The notes: generated from the sequence alone by a model not told the origin. 64,000 nucleotides of DNA from Bacillota bacterium (GCA_050951805.1 JBMNJT010000008.1:288001-352000), one strand, 5' to 3'; positions 21,335 through 32,590 are shown, numbered from the stretch's first letter. Translations and numbers: made by a program.

Positions 21335-21619
21335 GTGAGGGTTTTGGCGGTTTCTTTGGAGGAAGCAAAGCTTTATTTGAGGGTTGATGGCGGTGAGGAG
21401 GATGCGCTCATCGCCGCCCTTATAGAAACGGCAAGTGAGCTGTGTGAAGGGGTGCTCAGAATGAGCCTTGAGGATTTTGAAGAAATCCCCAAATCGGTAA
21501 ACCAAGCGATACTGTACATCACCGCAAACTTGTACGAGCATCGAGAAGAACTTGACATGAAGGTAGTGGAGGATGTTGTAAAAAGATTGCTGTCTCCATT
21601 TCGGAAAGAAGGTTGGTGA
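21335..21619 (+). CDS. Head-tail connector (HK97 gp6-like)
   Basis: SLEEAKLYLRVD..EED.LI...LYEHRE motif. Confidence 0.9.
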   Translation: MRVLAVSLEEAKLYLRVDGGEEDALIAALIETASELCEGVLRMSLEDFEEIPKSVNQAILYITANLYEHREELDMKVVEDVVKRLLSPFRKEGW

Positions 21620-21623
21620 TTGT

Positions 21624-21947
21624 ATTAACATCGGCGATCTTAGACACAGGATAGCTATCCTGGAGTTCACAACCTACATGGATGAATGGGGGAATCAGAT
21701 TTCAGACTGGATTGAGACTGATCATCTTTGGGCTAGGGTTTCTAACATTCATGGCCGGGAGTACTTTGCAGCAGCTGCAGTCCAATTAGAAAAGATGCTT
21801 GTTTTTACCACTAGATACAGAGAAGGTTTGGATGAATCGATGCGGATACGATTCCAGGGACACGATTATGATATCAAGTTCGTTGATAACATTAAATACC
21901 AAAACAGGTATATGGAAATCAAGGCTATGTTGACCGATGCCCAGTAG
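21624..21947 (+). CDS. Head closure / head-tail adaptor (SPP1 gp16-like)
   Basis: NIGDLRHRI...WA.V....GREYFAA...FT.RY...MRI.F.G..YDI pattern; start codon appears to be ATT or is mutated. Confidence 0.8.
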   Translation: MNIGDLRHRIAILEFTTYMDEWGNQISDWIETDHLWARVSNIHGREYFAAAAVQLEKMLVFTTRYREGLDESMRIRFQGHDYDIKFVDNIKYQNRYMEIKAMLTDAQ

Positions 21948-21996
21948 ACAATCGAAAACATACCGGTTGTGACCGTTTAAGAAGAGGTGGTGAAGA

Positions 21997-22398
21997 ATGG
22001 ATCTATTGGTGGAGCTAACCAAGCTTGTGCTTCCCTTTGTGGGAGTCATGTTGAGTTTTGCTGTGGCCTACGGTGCAGAGTTTTTCAGACAGAAGTCAAA
22101 GAGTGAGGTAGCAAATCGGGCAATCAACTCTGTCGAAAATATAGTACAGGCGGCGGTGCTTGAAGCGCAACAGACTGTGGTTGATAACCTAAAAGAGTTA
22201 AATGGCGGCAAACTTACCGATGAGGAAAAAGTGCAGATTAAGAGTAGTGTGCTGGCTGCTGTAAAAGCTCGATTGACTGAGGAAACGATTAATGAGTTAA
22301 GAGGAATAACCGCTGATGTAGAAGGGTATCTGACCAGCTTAATTGAGTCCCGTGTCCATATTCACAAAGAATTCCGTGGTGTTATTGGGGGAAAGTAG
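21997..22398 (+). CDS. Holin-like protein (LL-H type), single N-terminal TM
   Basis: TM helix, AV..AQQT, and LIES.V near the C-terminus. Confidence 0.6.
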   Translation: MDLLVELTKLVLPFVGVMLSFAVAYGAEFFRQKSKSEVANRAINSVENIVQAAVLEAQQTVVDNLKELNGGKLTDEEKVQIKSSVLAAVKARLTEETINELRGITADVEGYLTSLIESRVHIHKEFRGVIGGK

Positions 22399-22628
22399 CA
22401 GGGCCTTCGCTTTCACTTGGTCCGATTGCAATTAGAACCACTAGCGATGGTGGATTGGGTATCCAGTATGAATCAGGGAATTTGCTAGATGGGCGATTGC
22501 TGGCGGCCATATCTGTGAGTAGGGAGCGAGGTCCTAACTTTGGTTTTCAATGGAAAAAAGTATTTTGAGGAACGTCTGTTTTCGGGCAGGCGTTCTTCTA
22601 TTTTGCCCACGAAAGAGGTGGTTTAGGT

Positions 22629-23048
22629 TTGCGGGAAATATGCAAGCATCTGCAATTTATGTTTGCAGGTCTTGGTGCCTGGTTGGGGTGGTTCTTAGGC
22701 GGCTATGATGGCTTTATATACACTTTAGTTGCGCTGGTGACCATCGATTACATTACTGGTGTCATGCGAGCTTTTGTTGAGAAGCAACTATCAAGCGAAA
22801 TCGGGGCGAGGGGTATTGTCAAAAAGGTGCTCATATTCACTCTCGTGGGCATAGGGCACACCATAGACAGTCAGGTACTTGGCGGCGGCAATGCAATTCG
22901 TACTGCCGTCATTTTCTTTTATCTAAGTAACGAGGGAATTTCAATTCTTGAGAATGCAGCACATATAGGACTGCCCATTCCTGAAAAGCTGAAGAACGCA
23001 TTGGAACAACTGCATGGCCACTCAAATGAGGAGGATGAAAAGAAATGA
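22629..23048 (+). CDS. Phage holin (phage_holin_4 / toxin secretion type)
   Basis: [25 protein letters not shown] and GLPIP motifs. Confidence 0.9.
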   Translation: MREICKHLQFMFAGLGAWLGWFLGGYDGFIYTLVALVTIDYITGVMRAFVEKQLSSEIGARGIVKKVLIFTLVGIGHTIDSQVLGGGNAIRTAVIFFYLSNEGISILENAAHIGLPIPEKLKNALEQLHGHSNEEDEKK

Positions 23049-24049
23049 AGCTTTTTACTAAATACATGACGCGAAACGATTGCTATACAGCAGGCCGCAA
23101 AATCACGCCTAAAGGAATCATGGTACATTCGACGGCTGTGCCGGGTGTAATGGCGGCTGAGTGGTTTTCCCGTTGGAACAAATCTTACAAGGCCGGCGAA
23201 ATAAATAGGCAGGTATGTGTTCACGCTTTTGTAGACGATAAAGAGGTTTGGCAATACCTGCCTTGGGATCATCGCGGGTGGCATGCGGGAGGAGCAGCCA
23301 ACAATACCCATATTGGCTTTGAAATCTGTGAGCCTGCTGGGTTTTCGTATAAATCCGGGTCGGTAATGGTGGGTTATGATGCAGCAAAGCAGGAAGATTA
23401 TTTCCGTAAAGCGTGGCAGAATGCTGTTGAACTCTGCGTTATGCTCTGCAAGAAGTACGGTCTTAATGAGAATGACATCATCTGCCACTCCGAAGGATAT
23501 AAGCTCGGTATTGCCAGCAACCATGCTGATGTGATGCACTGGTTTCCCAAGCATGGGGAGAATATGGACACTTTCCGTAAAGCAGTAAAAAAAGCGCTGG
23601 AGAACAGTACAGATATCAATACTGATATTGGAATTGGAGATATGGTGGAGTTTAAGGTCAGTGTAAAGAATTACTACCCCGGCAGTGTGGAAGTTCCAAC
23701 GTGGGTCAAAAATGACTATTACCACAGGGTCACACAGACTTTATACAAAGGCAAGCCGGTCATAAAAGGCGGCAAAGAATGTGTATTGCTTGGCAAAAAG
23801 GTTAAGAAATCCGGCGGTCAAGAGATTGCAGGCATAAACACTTGGGTAGCAAAAGAAAACCTTGTAATTGTAAACAGCATTCCTGATAACAAGGGCAATA
23901 GAACCTATACAGTGCAAAAAGGCGACACCTTATGGAGAATAGCGGAAAAAGAACTCGGTAGAGGAACAAGATATCCGGAGATTAAGAAACTCAATGGCCT
24001 GACTTCAGATACTATTTACCCCGGACAAGTTCTCAAATTGCCGGAATAA
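23045..24049 (+). CDS. Endolysin: N-acetylmuramoyl-L-alanine amidase with C-terminal LysM
   Basis: GIMVHST, GWHAG, IGFEICE and ICHSE amidase-2 motifs; [10 protein letters not shown]...IYPGQVL LysM. Confidence 0.9.
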   Translation: MKLFTKYMTRNDCYTAGRKITPKGIMVHSTAVPGVMAAEWFSRWNKSYKAGEINRQVCVHAFVDDKEVWQYLPWDHRGWHAGGAANNTHIGFEICEPAGFSYKSGSVMVGYDAAKQEDYFRKAWQNAVELCVMLCKKYGLNENDIICHSEGYKLGIASNHADVMHWFPKHGENMDTFRKAVKKALENSTDINTDIGIGDMVEFKVSVKNYYPGSVEVPTWVKNDYYHRVTQTLYKGKPVIKGGKECVLLGKKVKKSGGQEIAGINTWVAKENLVIVNSIPDNKGNRTYTVQKGDTLWRIAEKELGRGTRYPEIKKLNGLTSDTIYPGQVLKLPE

Positions 24050-24102
24050 CGATAAAGGACAGCCAATCGCGGCTGTCCCAAGTTTTTATAGGAGGTGCTT
24101 GA

Positions 24103-24321
24103 ATGATAGAGGCGGCTAATCATTTACCATATAACCCGCAGGAAACGAACTATACAAAGATAACACAGGAGGAAATTCAAAGAGAGGTTGATTACTGGCG
24201 GGCATATAAAATCCTGCAAAAGATGCTTAAGGCGGGACTGATTTCAGAGGAAGAATTCCACAAAATCGACAAGTTAAATCTTAAAACTTTCTCTCCGATG
24301 TACGCACAGCTTATGGCCTAA
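24103..24321 (+). CDS. SHOCT-domain small protein preceding the recombinases
   Basis: ML..GLISEEEF.KI motif. Confidence 0.75.
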   Translation: MIEAANHLPYNPQETNYTKITQEEIQREVDYWRAYKILQKMLKAGLISEEEFHKIDKLNLKTFSPMYAQLMA

Positions 24322-25076
24322 TTAGCTTGCTATTAGCGGCACACAGAGGTAACATGTCACATACCCAAAGGAGGTGAAAACAGTGAGAAAGGTAACAAGG
24401 ATTGATGGAAACAATGCTCTCCAAGCTTTCAAGCCAAAGGTGAGAGTAGCGGCTTATTGCAGGGTTTCAACCGACAGTGATGAGCAAATGGCAAGCCTGG
24501 AAGCACAAAAAGACCATTATGAATCCTATATAAAAGCAAATCCTGATTGGGAATTTGCAGGGATTTACTATGATGAAGGCATTTCAGGTACAAAAAAGGA
24601 GAACCGGACTGGACTTTTAAGGCTGCTTGCAGATTGTGAAAACAAGAAAATTGACTTTATTATAACCAAGTCAGTCAGCAGATTTGCCAGAAACACAACC
24701 GACTGCATTGAGATGGTGCGAAAACTTACCGATCTCGGTGTTTTCATCTATTTCGAGAAAGAGAATATAAACACGCAGCGCATGGAAGGCGAATTGGTGC
24801 TGACAATTTTGAGCAGTCTTGCAGAAAACGAGTCATTATCCATTGCAGAAAATAGTAAGTGGTCTATCAGGCGCAGGTTTCAAAACGGAACATACAAGAT
24901 TTCATATCCTCCCTATGGTTACGATTATGTGGATGGAAAGCTATTTATCAATAAAGAACAGGCTGAAATCGTAAAGCGGATTTTTTCCGAGGCTTTGGCC
25001 GGTAAAGGCACACAGAAAATTGCAGATGGGCTAAATTCCGATAAAATCCCAACAAAGAGAGGTTCGCATTGGACAG

Positions 25077-26684
25077 GGTCACGTCTTGTCAAGTGGTGTA
25101 AATTGTCGCCGTGATTCTCCTCGCAATTGAGGTTCCTTAGTATTATTGGGTAAGCTTGTGCTTACGGTTTTCGGTGCTGCACACGGCGCATATGAGGTTA
25201 TTCAATGCCACGGCCCTCAGTTTCGTCCGGTGGGCGCCGCCGCCTAGGAGCCACATTGGGGGCTCCTTGCCGGCGGCGGCGCTGTGCAGCATGCGCTTGA
25301 ATGGACAGTTTGTGCCGAGCTTCAGAAGAACGCAAGTTTTGGCGTATGCCTAATCAACCGGAGGAAGCGCCATCGTTGCATCAGTCGGCGGCAACAGTTT
25401 GCTCATAGACTCCTGGCTGAAATACCTGCGCAATACGATCCACTCGTCGTTCTGCTCCATCATTACTGCTCCCAGAAGCCTTAGCGCGGACTCGTCGTTG
25501 GGGAATATGCCTACTACATCAGCGCGACGTTTGATCTCCTTATTCAGCCTCTCAAGAGGGTTGGTCGAATGAATCTGTCTGTGATGCTCTTTCGGGAACG
25601 CCATGTACGCGAGAATGTCATCTTCACACTCACATAGCATCTGCGCAACTTTGGGAAACCTCTCTTCCAGGGTGGCTGCAACTTGCCGCAGTTGGGCCTT
25701 GGCGGTCGCCTGATCAGGTTGGGCGAATATTGTTCGAATGTAGGCGGCGACCATTTGCTGAGCTCCTCGCGGTACATGGGCCAAAGCGTTTCGCATGAAA
25801 TGCACTGTGCATCTCTGCCATGATGCCCCCAGCAGAGCCTTCCGTATTGCATTCTTAAGCCCTTCATGGGCGTCGCTTATCACAAGTTGTACTCCGCTTA
25901 GACCCCTTGATGTCAGATCCTTGAGGAATTCATACCAGAATGGCTCGCTCTCACACGGACCTATGGCGAAGCCCAGGATCTCGCGTTCGCCGGTCATCTT
26001 GACGCCTAGAGCTATTACCAAGGCTTTGTTCACCACGCGGTGATTCGACCTGATCTTCAGATATGTCGCATCCAGCCATAGATATGGATACGGCCCTTCA
26101 AGCGGTCTGTTGCGGAATAGGTTCACTTCCTCATCCAGTTCCTTTGCAATCCTCGAAACCTCGCTCTTGTCGATGCCATCGAGGCCTAAAGCTCTTACAA
26201 GGTCATCTACCTTGCGTGTGCTAACACCGTGAACGTAAGCTTCCTGAACTACTGATAGGATAGCTTTCTCAGTCATCTTGCGAGGCTCTAGAAAGCTGGG
26301 AAAGAAACTTCCTTCTCTGAGCTTGGGTATCCTCAGATCGAGCTTGCCAACTCGCGTTTCCCATGACCTGTCCCTATACCCATTCCGGCTATTGCATCTT
26401 TCCGGTGTTCGCTCATATCTATCCGCCCCGATCACTGTTGCAGCTTCCAGCTCAATGAGCCTTTGAGTTAAAAGCTGCGCGCCTTCCCTCAGAAAATCTG
26501 TGTCCGCGTCCATCCCTATCTGGTGTAGAATGTCCAAAAGTGATATGTTTCTCTTAACAGCTGCCATCGTGGTTACCTCCTCGGTTTGTTTTGGTATTAC
26601 ATCCGAAGAGAATCACATGGCGGCTGTTTCGTCAATACCCCAAAATCCTTCTGCCGAATTTACACCACTACTTGAGACTCTAAC
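25077..26684 (-). mobile_element. IS256-family element
   Basis: 8-bp target duplication TTGGACAG (25069-25076, 26685-26692); terminal IRs share AGTGGTGTAAATT. Confidence 0.95.
25350..26567 (-). CDS. IS256 transposase
   Basis: RNGYR, GVSTR, YLWLDA, ISDAH.GL, WQRC.VH and STN.LER motifs. Confidence 0.95.
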   Translation of the reverse strand: MAAVKRNISLLDILHQIGMDADTDFLREGAQLLTQRLIELEAATVIGADRYERTPERCNSRNGYRDRSWETRVGKLDLRIPKLREGSFFPSFLEPRKMTEKAILSVVQEAYVHGVSTRKVDDLVRALGLDGIDKSEVSRIAKELDEEVNLFRNRPLEGPYPYLWLDATYLKIRSNHRVVNKALVIALGVKMTGEREILGFAIGPCESEPFWYEFLKDLTSRGLSGVQLVISDAHEGLKNAIRKALLGASWQRCTVHFMRNALAHVPRGAQQMVAAYIRTIFAQPDQATAKAQLRQVAATLEERFPKVAQMLCECEDDILAYMAFPKEHHRQIHSTNPLERLNKEIKRRADVVGIFPNDESALRLLGAVMMEQNDEWIVLRRYFSQESMSKLLPPTDATMALPPVD

Positions 26685-27794
26685 TTGGACAGCGACAACT
26701 ATCCGCGGCATTTTAAGCAATGAAAAATATACTGGGGATGTCCTTCTGCAAAAAACCTATACAGATGAGAATTTTAAGCGGCATTATAATCATGGGGAAA
26801 AAGATCAATACATGATAAAAGATCATCATGAAGCCATTATATCCCATGAGGAATTTGAAGCCGCCCAAGAGATATTAAAGCAAAGAGGAAAAGAAAAAGG
26901 TGTAATTAAGGGAAGCAGCAAGTATCAAAAACGCTACCCTTTCTCTGGGAAAATCAAATGCGCAGAATGTGGCAGCAATTTTAAGCGTCGAATTCATGGC
27001 AGCGGTGACCGTAAATATATTGCATGGTGCTGCACAAAGCACATAAAGGACGCATCAAGCTGTTCCATGAAGTTTGTCAGAGAGGATGCGATCCATCAGG
27101 CCTTCGTTGTAATGATCAATAAGCTTATTTTCGGTCATAAATTCATTCTAAGGCCATTGTTGCAAAGCTTAAAGAAAACAAATTACTCAGATAATCTAGC
27201 GAAGATTCAAGAATTGGAAACAAAAATCAAAGAAAATACAGAGCGAGTTCAGGTGATTATGGGACTTATGGCCAAAGGATACCTGGAACCCGCTCTTTTT
27301 AATACACAGAAAAATGAGCTGCTCAAAGAAGCGGTTTTATTAAAAGAACAAAAAGAAGCCATAAAACGCGCAATCGATGGGAGTCAGACTATCCTTGTTG
27401 AGGTTGAGAAGCTTCTTAAATTTACATCGAAGGCTGAAAAGCAGATTGATGCATTTGATAGCGATATATTTGAGAATTTTACCCGTGAAATCATTGTGTT
27501 TTCACAAGAAGAAATAAGTTTCAAAATGAAATGCGGGTTGAACTTAAGAGAAAGGCTGGTGAAATGATGAGCCATATACCTTTTGGATATACCATTCAAA
27601 ACGGCAGGGCTGTCGTTAATGAAGAGGAAGCAGTTAAGATTGAGAAACTATTTGAGTGTTTTCGGCATAATAGAAATACAGAGAACGGCAGCCAAAATGT
27701 CACAGGAGAAATTGAAGATTAAGAAGGCATAACCACCACGCCACAAGAATACCTCCCTAGATTTGGCTGTGACCAATAGGGGAGGTAACGTGGA

Positions 27795-29318
27795 GTGATC
27801 GCTATGCCTGTACAGTATTATATCAAGCATGCCTTCGAAAACGAAGGTGCATCTATCAGCGAAATTGCCAGGAAAGTCGACGTGTGTTGGAGAACGGCGG
27901 CAAAATATGCTTACAAGGAGGACTGGAATGAATCGCCGCCTACGGTTAGAAAGAAGCGTAGGCCTGTAATGGATCCCGTGGCAGACATTGTAGATACCTG
28001 GCTGCTTGAGGATCAGTTGCTGCAGAGAAAGGATCGGCGCAATGCTGCAGCCATCTATAGGGAGCTGCGAGATAAACATGGCTTTAAAGGCAGTGAACGC
28101 ACAGTTAGGGAGTATGTTCGAAATCGGCGGAAAGAGTTGCTCAAGGAAGAACCCGAACCCACGGCCTACGTTGAACTCGTGCACGAACCTGGAGAAGCCC
28201 AGGCGGATTTCGGAACAATCCGCTGTGTTCGGGATGGAAAGATCGTGGAAGCCAAGGCGCTTGTTCTTTCGTTTCCATGGTCAAACGCTGGCTTTGCGGT
28301 TCCAATGCCATCAGAGAACGGTGAGTGCCTTCTGGAGGGTCTTCGCCTTCTGTTTGAGCAGGCAGGGGGTGTGCCGCAGAGGCTAGTATTGGACAATGCG
28401 ACGACTATGGTAGCAACCATAGGGAAGGGCGAAGAACGCACGCTTACGGAGGCGTTCATGCGCTTTCAGCTCCATTATCGCTTCGATGTTGATTTCTGTG
28501 CGCCGGCTCGAGGCAACGAGAAAGGAAATGTTGAAAACAAGGTAGGATACTCACGCCGGCAATGGCTATGCCCTCTTCAGCCCCTCAACAGTTTCGAGGA
28601 GCTCGGCGAACAACTAGCAATTAAGGCTATCCGCGACATGGATCGCATTCATTACAAGAAGGGCAGGACTATAGCCGACATGTGGCGAGAAGAGCAATCA
28701 GCGTTGCTGCCGCTCCCAAGCGTTCCATTCGAGGCTGTGCGGCTTGATGCTGCAGTATTAAACAACTATGCTCAATTCCGCTTCGAGTCGGAAACCTATT
28801 CAGTGCCACAGGGGAGACCACGGCAGAAGGTTTTGCTCAGTGTGTATTGGGATCGCATCGAGGTGCGGAACCGGGAAGGCGAAGCGCTCACAACGCTGCC
28901 AAGGCACTACATGCTCAAAGAGCAACCAATTGACTGGCTGGCCCATTTTGAGATCTACTCACGTAGGCCACGAGCTGCCGTGCATTCAGCTATGTTCCGC
29001 TATCTTCCGAAGGCGGTCCAAGCCTACCTCAAGGAGGCGAATGCATCGGAACGGTCAGCTAGAGTACGGTTCGTGAGAGACATGCTGAAGATGTATTCCA
29101 TAGACGAAGTAGCTGAGGCGCTTGAGGCGTTGCCAGCCGATAGGCGCGCCAACCCCGCGAACGTTGAGCTCAAGCTGTATGCGCTTAACCCCGAAAACGG
29201 GCTTCCCGAACCTATTGCCGAGGGATACACGCCAATTGAAGTAGCAGCTTACAATCCAGATTCCGCAGTCTACGACAAGCTCTTGCCTGCACGGGCTGAA
29301 GGAGTGGTCAAGGCATGA
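27795..29318 (+). CDS. istA: IS21 transposase IstA
   Basis: PGEAQADFG, GGVP...LDN and GNEKGNVEN motifs. Confidence 0.95.
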   Translation: MIAMPVQYYIKHAFENEGASISEIARKVDVCWRTAAKYAYKEDWNESPPTVRKKRRPVMDPVADIVDTWLLEDQLLQRKDRRNAAAIYRELRDKHGFKGSERTVREYVRNRRKELLKEEPEPTAYVELVHEPGEAQADFGTIRCVRDGKIVEAKALVLSFPWSNAGFAVPMPSENGECLLEGLRLLFEQAGGVPQRLVLDNATTMVATIGKGEERTLTEAFMRFQLHYRFDVDFCAPARGNEKGNVENKVGYSRRQWLCPLQPLNSFEELGEQLAIKAIRDMDRIHYKKGRTIADMWREEQSALLPLPSVPFEAVRLDAAVLNNYAQFRFESETYSVPQGRPRQKVLLSVYWDRIEVRNREGEALTTLPRHYMLKEQPIDWLAHFEIYSRRPRAAVHSAMFRYLPKAVQAYLKEANASERSARVRFVRDMLKMYSIDEVAEALEALPADRRANPANVELKLYALNPENGLPEPIAEGYTPIEVAAYNPDSAVYDKLLPARAEGVVKA

Positions 29319-30106
29319 CAGACTCTTTGCTTCAGAAGCAGTGTAAGATGCTCAAACTCGGTTCGGTGAGCCAGACCTACAATGAAATACCCTTTGAAAG
29401 CAGAGAGCAATTCCTGACTGATCTATTTGCAGAAGAGCTAAGAAACCGAGAGAAGAATCGAAACCGGCGAAGGTTGAAGCGTGCAGGGTTTCCGCAAACC
29501 AAGACGCTGGAGGAGTTCTCCTGGGACAACATCATATTGCCGCCCCAAACCACGATAGAACATCTAACCGAACTGAGGTTCATCGATGAGAAGGAGTCCC
29601 TGATTTGCATGGGCGGCGTGGGGACAGGCAAAACTCATCTTGTGATAGCGCTGGGGCTTAAGGCTGTCCTCAGCGGAAAGGAGGTCCGATTCTTTCAGAC
29701 AGTTGATCTGGCAAACCGCTTGCTGGAGAAGAACGCAAAAGGGACTCTTGGAAGCTTAATACGCGATCTCGAATCATGCGATCTGCTTATCGTGGATGAA
29801 CTGGGCTTCCTACCTCTACCCCGTCACGCAGCAGAGCTCTTGTTCCAAGTAATCGCCAGCTGCTATGAGCGCCGAAGCGTAGCCATCACTACGAACCTTG
29901 AGTTCGGACAATGGAACACGGTAATCAACGACAGCCGGCTCACTGCCGCGCTCATTGACAGGCTTGTTCATCACGGACATGTGCTTGCATTCACAGGGGA
30001 GAGCTACCGTCTACGGCACGCCCTCTCCCAATTGCATGTCCCAGATGACGTTGGAGGTGCCCACCCCCAACAAAACACTATTTACAAAAACGACCCGGCC
30101 CAATAG
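29315..30106 (+). CDS. istB: IS21 ATPase IstB
   Basis: GGVGTGKT, LLIVDELG, ITTN, DRLVHH and GESYR motifs. Confidence 0.95.
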   Translation: MTDSLLQKQCKMLKLGSVSQTYNEIPFESREQFLTDLFAEELRNREKNRNRRRLKRAGFPQTKTLEEFSWDNIILPPQTTIEHLTELRFIDEKESLICMGGVGTGKTHLVIALGLKAVLSGKEVRFFQTVDLANRLLEKNAKGTLGSLIRDLESCDLLIVDELGFLPLPRHAAELLFQVIASCYERRSVAITTNLEFGQWNTVINDSRLTAALIDRLVHHGHVLAFTGESYRLRHALSQLHVPDDVGGAHPQQNTIYKNDPAQ

Positions 30107-30481
30107 GGCCCTGAGATCCGACCCCGGGCGTGGTGGTAGCCTATGCATTTGAGGCTTATCTTTCCGGGCTTTCTTTAACCGAAGCAGCCCAAAAAGCGGG
30201 CATTAAGCGCTACCACACATCTATTGCAAGAATGCTTTCAGATAAACGGTATGTTGAGGACAAATTTTATCCGCCAATTATCAGCAAGGACACATTCGAA
30301 AAAGCACAACTGGAAAGACACAGGCGAGCTGAGGCGCTTGGCAGGATTTATGAACATAAAGGAAATGAAAAGAAATGCCTGAATTTTAAGTTTCATGCTT
30401 CAATGCCAGATAATCTATACGATGATCCATTTCAGCAGGCAGAGTATGCTTATAGTCTTATTAAGAGCGAGGTGATTTTAG

Positions 30482-32053
30482 ATGACAACCAGGAATGTTA
30501 CGGTAATTCCTGCCCGTAAGCGAATCGGGAATAGTGCAAAGGCCGAGGAATTGCCTAAGCTTCGGGTAGCAGCTTACTGTCGTGTTTCTACGGACAGCGA
30601 GGAGCAGGCAACCAGTTATGAAGCGCAAATTGAGCACTACACAAACTATATCAAAAGCAATCCCGAATGGGAGTTAGCAGGTATATTTGCAGATGAAGGT
30701 ATTACCGGAACTAACACAAAAAAGCGTGAAGAATTTAACCGGATGATAGAAGAATGCATGCAGGGCAAAATCGATATGATAATTACAAAATCTATCAGCC
30801 GTTTTGCAAGAAATACGCTTGACTGCCTGAAGTACATAAGGCAGCTTAAAGACAAGAACATCCCAGTTTATTTTGAAAAGGAAAATATAAACACAATGGA
30901 TTCCAAAGGGGAAATCCTGCTGACCATCATGGCATCTTTAGCACAGCAAGAAAGCCAATCGTTAAGCCAGAATGTAAAACTGGGGATTCAATACCGATAC
31001 CAGCAAGGAAAAATCCATATCAATCACAACCGGTTTCTTGGCTATACAAAGGATAAGGATGGCAATTTAGTTATCGTTCCTGAAGAAGCTGAAATTGTTA
31101 AGCGCATTTACAGAGAATATCTTGAAGGATCCAGTATGCTGCAGATAGCAAGAGGTCTGGAAGCTGACGGAATTCTGACGGGTGCAGGCAATCACAGATG
31201 GCATACCAGCACCATCAATAAGATTTTGAGGAATGAAAAATACATCGGTGATGCGCTGCTGCAGAAAACCTATACGGTAGATTTTTTATCGAAGAAAAGG
31301 GTACCCAATAACGGTATAGTTCCACAATACTATGTAGAAAACAGCCATGAGCCTATAATCCCGCGTGAAATCTTTATGCAGGTTCAGGAACAGCTTGTCA
31401 AAAGAAGATGTGTGCATATAAGTAAGAACGGAAAGAAGAGAAACTATAGCAATAATCATCCTTTATCACAGATGGTCTTTCTGCGGCAACTGTCATGAAA
31501 TATTCCGCAGGGTTCATTGGAATAACCGAGGGAAAGAAATCAATCGTATGGAGATGCGTCAGCCGATTGGAAAACACCGGTTTGTTTTGTACCGCTTCCA
31601 CTATACTTGAAGATACGCTTAAAGAGAAAATTGTAGAAGCCATCAATGTAGCGGTCAGCGGAAAAAACTCTTTTCTGGCCATACTGAAGAAGAATATTGA
31701 AACCGTATTAAGCGAGGATTTGGATGAGAGTACATCAGATATTGATAAAAGGCTGGAAGAACTCCAAACCGAGTTGATCCGAAAAGGCAAATTCAAAGGA
31801 AGCATACGATAATATTGTCAATGAGATTTACCGTTTGCGGGACTTAAGGCAAGAAACCCTTTCGAGAAACGCTCTCCGCAAAGATAAGAGGGATCGGATT
31901 GCTGAGATGACTGATTTCCTTAACACGCAAACCGGTGATATTACGGAGTTCGATGATAAACTGGTCAGAAGACTGGTTGAAAAAGCAACGGTATATGATG
32001 ACAGGTTAATGGTAGAGTTTAAGTCGGGATTAGAAATAGAAGTGAATCTATAA
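30482..32053 (+). pseudogene. Large serine recombinase 3 (frameshifted near 31480 and 31780; may be assembly indels)
   Basis: AAYCRVST catalytic domain in 30482..31498; zinc ribbon and coiled coil continue in 31495..31812 and 31835..32053 (VEFKSG end). Confidence 0.85.
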
Positions 32054-32068
32054 GATTGTAATAAGATT

Positions 32069-32112
32069 GCCGCCAGTTGAGGAGGAAACCTTCTTAATTG
32101 GCGGCTTTTTTA
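32069..32112 (+). terminator. Rho-independent terminator after recombinases
   Basis: GCCGCCAGTTGAGGAGG...CCTTCTTAATTGGCGGC stem followed by TTTTTT. Confidence 0.8.
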
Positions 32113-32114
32113 TT

Positions 32115-32169
32115 TTTATACAAATGTATAAACAAATATATAGACAAATAAATATTTTTCATATATAAT
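32115..32169 (+). promoter_or_regulatory. Sigma-A promoter with upstream palindrome
   Basis: TTTATACA-AA-TGTATAAA (32115-32132); TAGACA (32141) - 17 bp - TATAAT (32164). Confidence 0.65.
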
Positions 32170-32188
32170 TGTAATGAGGTGGTGAATT

Positions 32189-32590
32189 ATGGATATTAGA
32201 ATAGACAGCTTAATTCCCTTTGATTCATTGAAAACCAATATAGACCATGTATTCTCTGTTGTTGATAAAAACGGAAAAGTTGTTCTGCTTAAAGATAATA
32301 AGCCGGTTTATATAGTCTTAAAATACGATGAAAATAATTTAACTGATGTAGGAATTAGCATGAGCGAAATGCCTAACTATACGCTTCATGAAGCTATGAG
32401 AATTGTCTTATCAGAGGCGGAAAACAAAACGATGCATGCTGCTGAACTTGCCGATGAGATATATAGGCGTAGGCTGTATTTAAAAAAGGATGGCAGTAAG
32501 GCGGAATATACACAGATAAGGGCAAGGTGCGGGCATTACCCTGATATGTTTGAAGCATTGCCGGGAAACCGTATCAAATTAAAAGATTAA
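32189..32590 (+). CDS. Phd/YefM-like domain fused to winged-HTH domain
   Basis: N-terminal ...VFSVVDKNGKVVLLKDNKPVYIVL (Phd-like); C-terminal TLHEAM..VL......MHAAELADEI (wHTH-like). Confidence 0.6.
   Translation: MDIRIDSLIPFDSLKTNIDHVFSVVDKNGKVVLLKDNKPVYIVLKYDENNLTDVGISMSEMPNYTLHEAMRIVLSEAENKTMHAAELADEIYRRRLYLKKDGSKAEYTQIRARCGHYPDMFEALPGNRIKLKD

Larger units (their letters stand above)
24374..27567 (+). pseudogene. Large serine recombinase 1, interrupted by IS256
   Basis: AAYCRVST and SRFARN motifs; reading ...RGSHW|TATTIRGILSNEKY resumes after the IS; zinc ribbon CAEC present. Confidence 0.9.
27657..30147 (+). mobile_element. IS21-family element
   Basis: TG...CA ends, 6-bp target duplication TTTGAG (27651-27656, 30148-30153), istA-istB. 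Confidence 0.9.
27564..30519 (+). pseudogene. Small recombinase-domain protein (recombinase 2), interrupted by IS21
   Basis: MSHIPFGY...EKLFE|AYLSGLSL...YPPIIS...DDPFQQAEYAYSLI reads through after removing the IS. Confidence 0.85.

Noticed and set aside
6515-31812. Frameshifts in istA, terS, terL and recombinase 3 as programmed frameshifting
   Set aside because: Those checked are single-base indels in short homopolymer runs, scattered over unrelated genes, which is more consistent with long-read assembly error or decay. Needs read-level checking.
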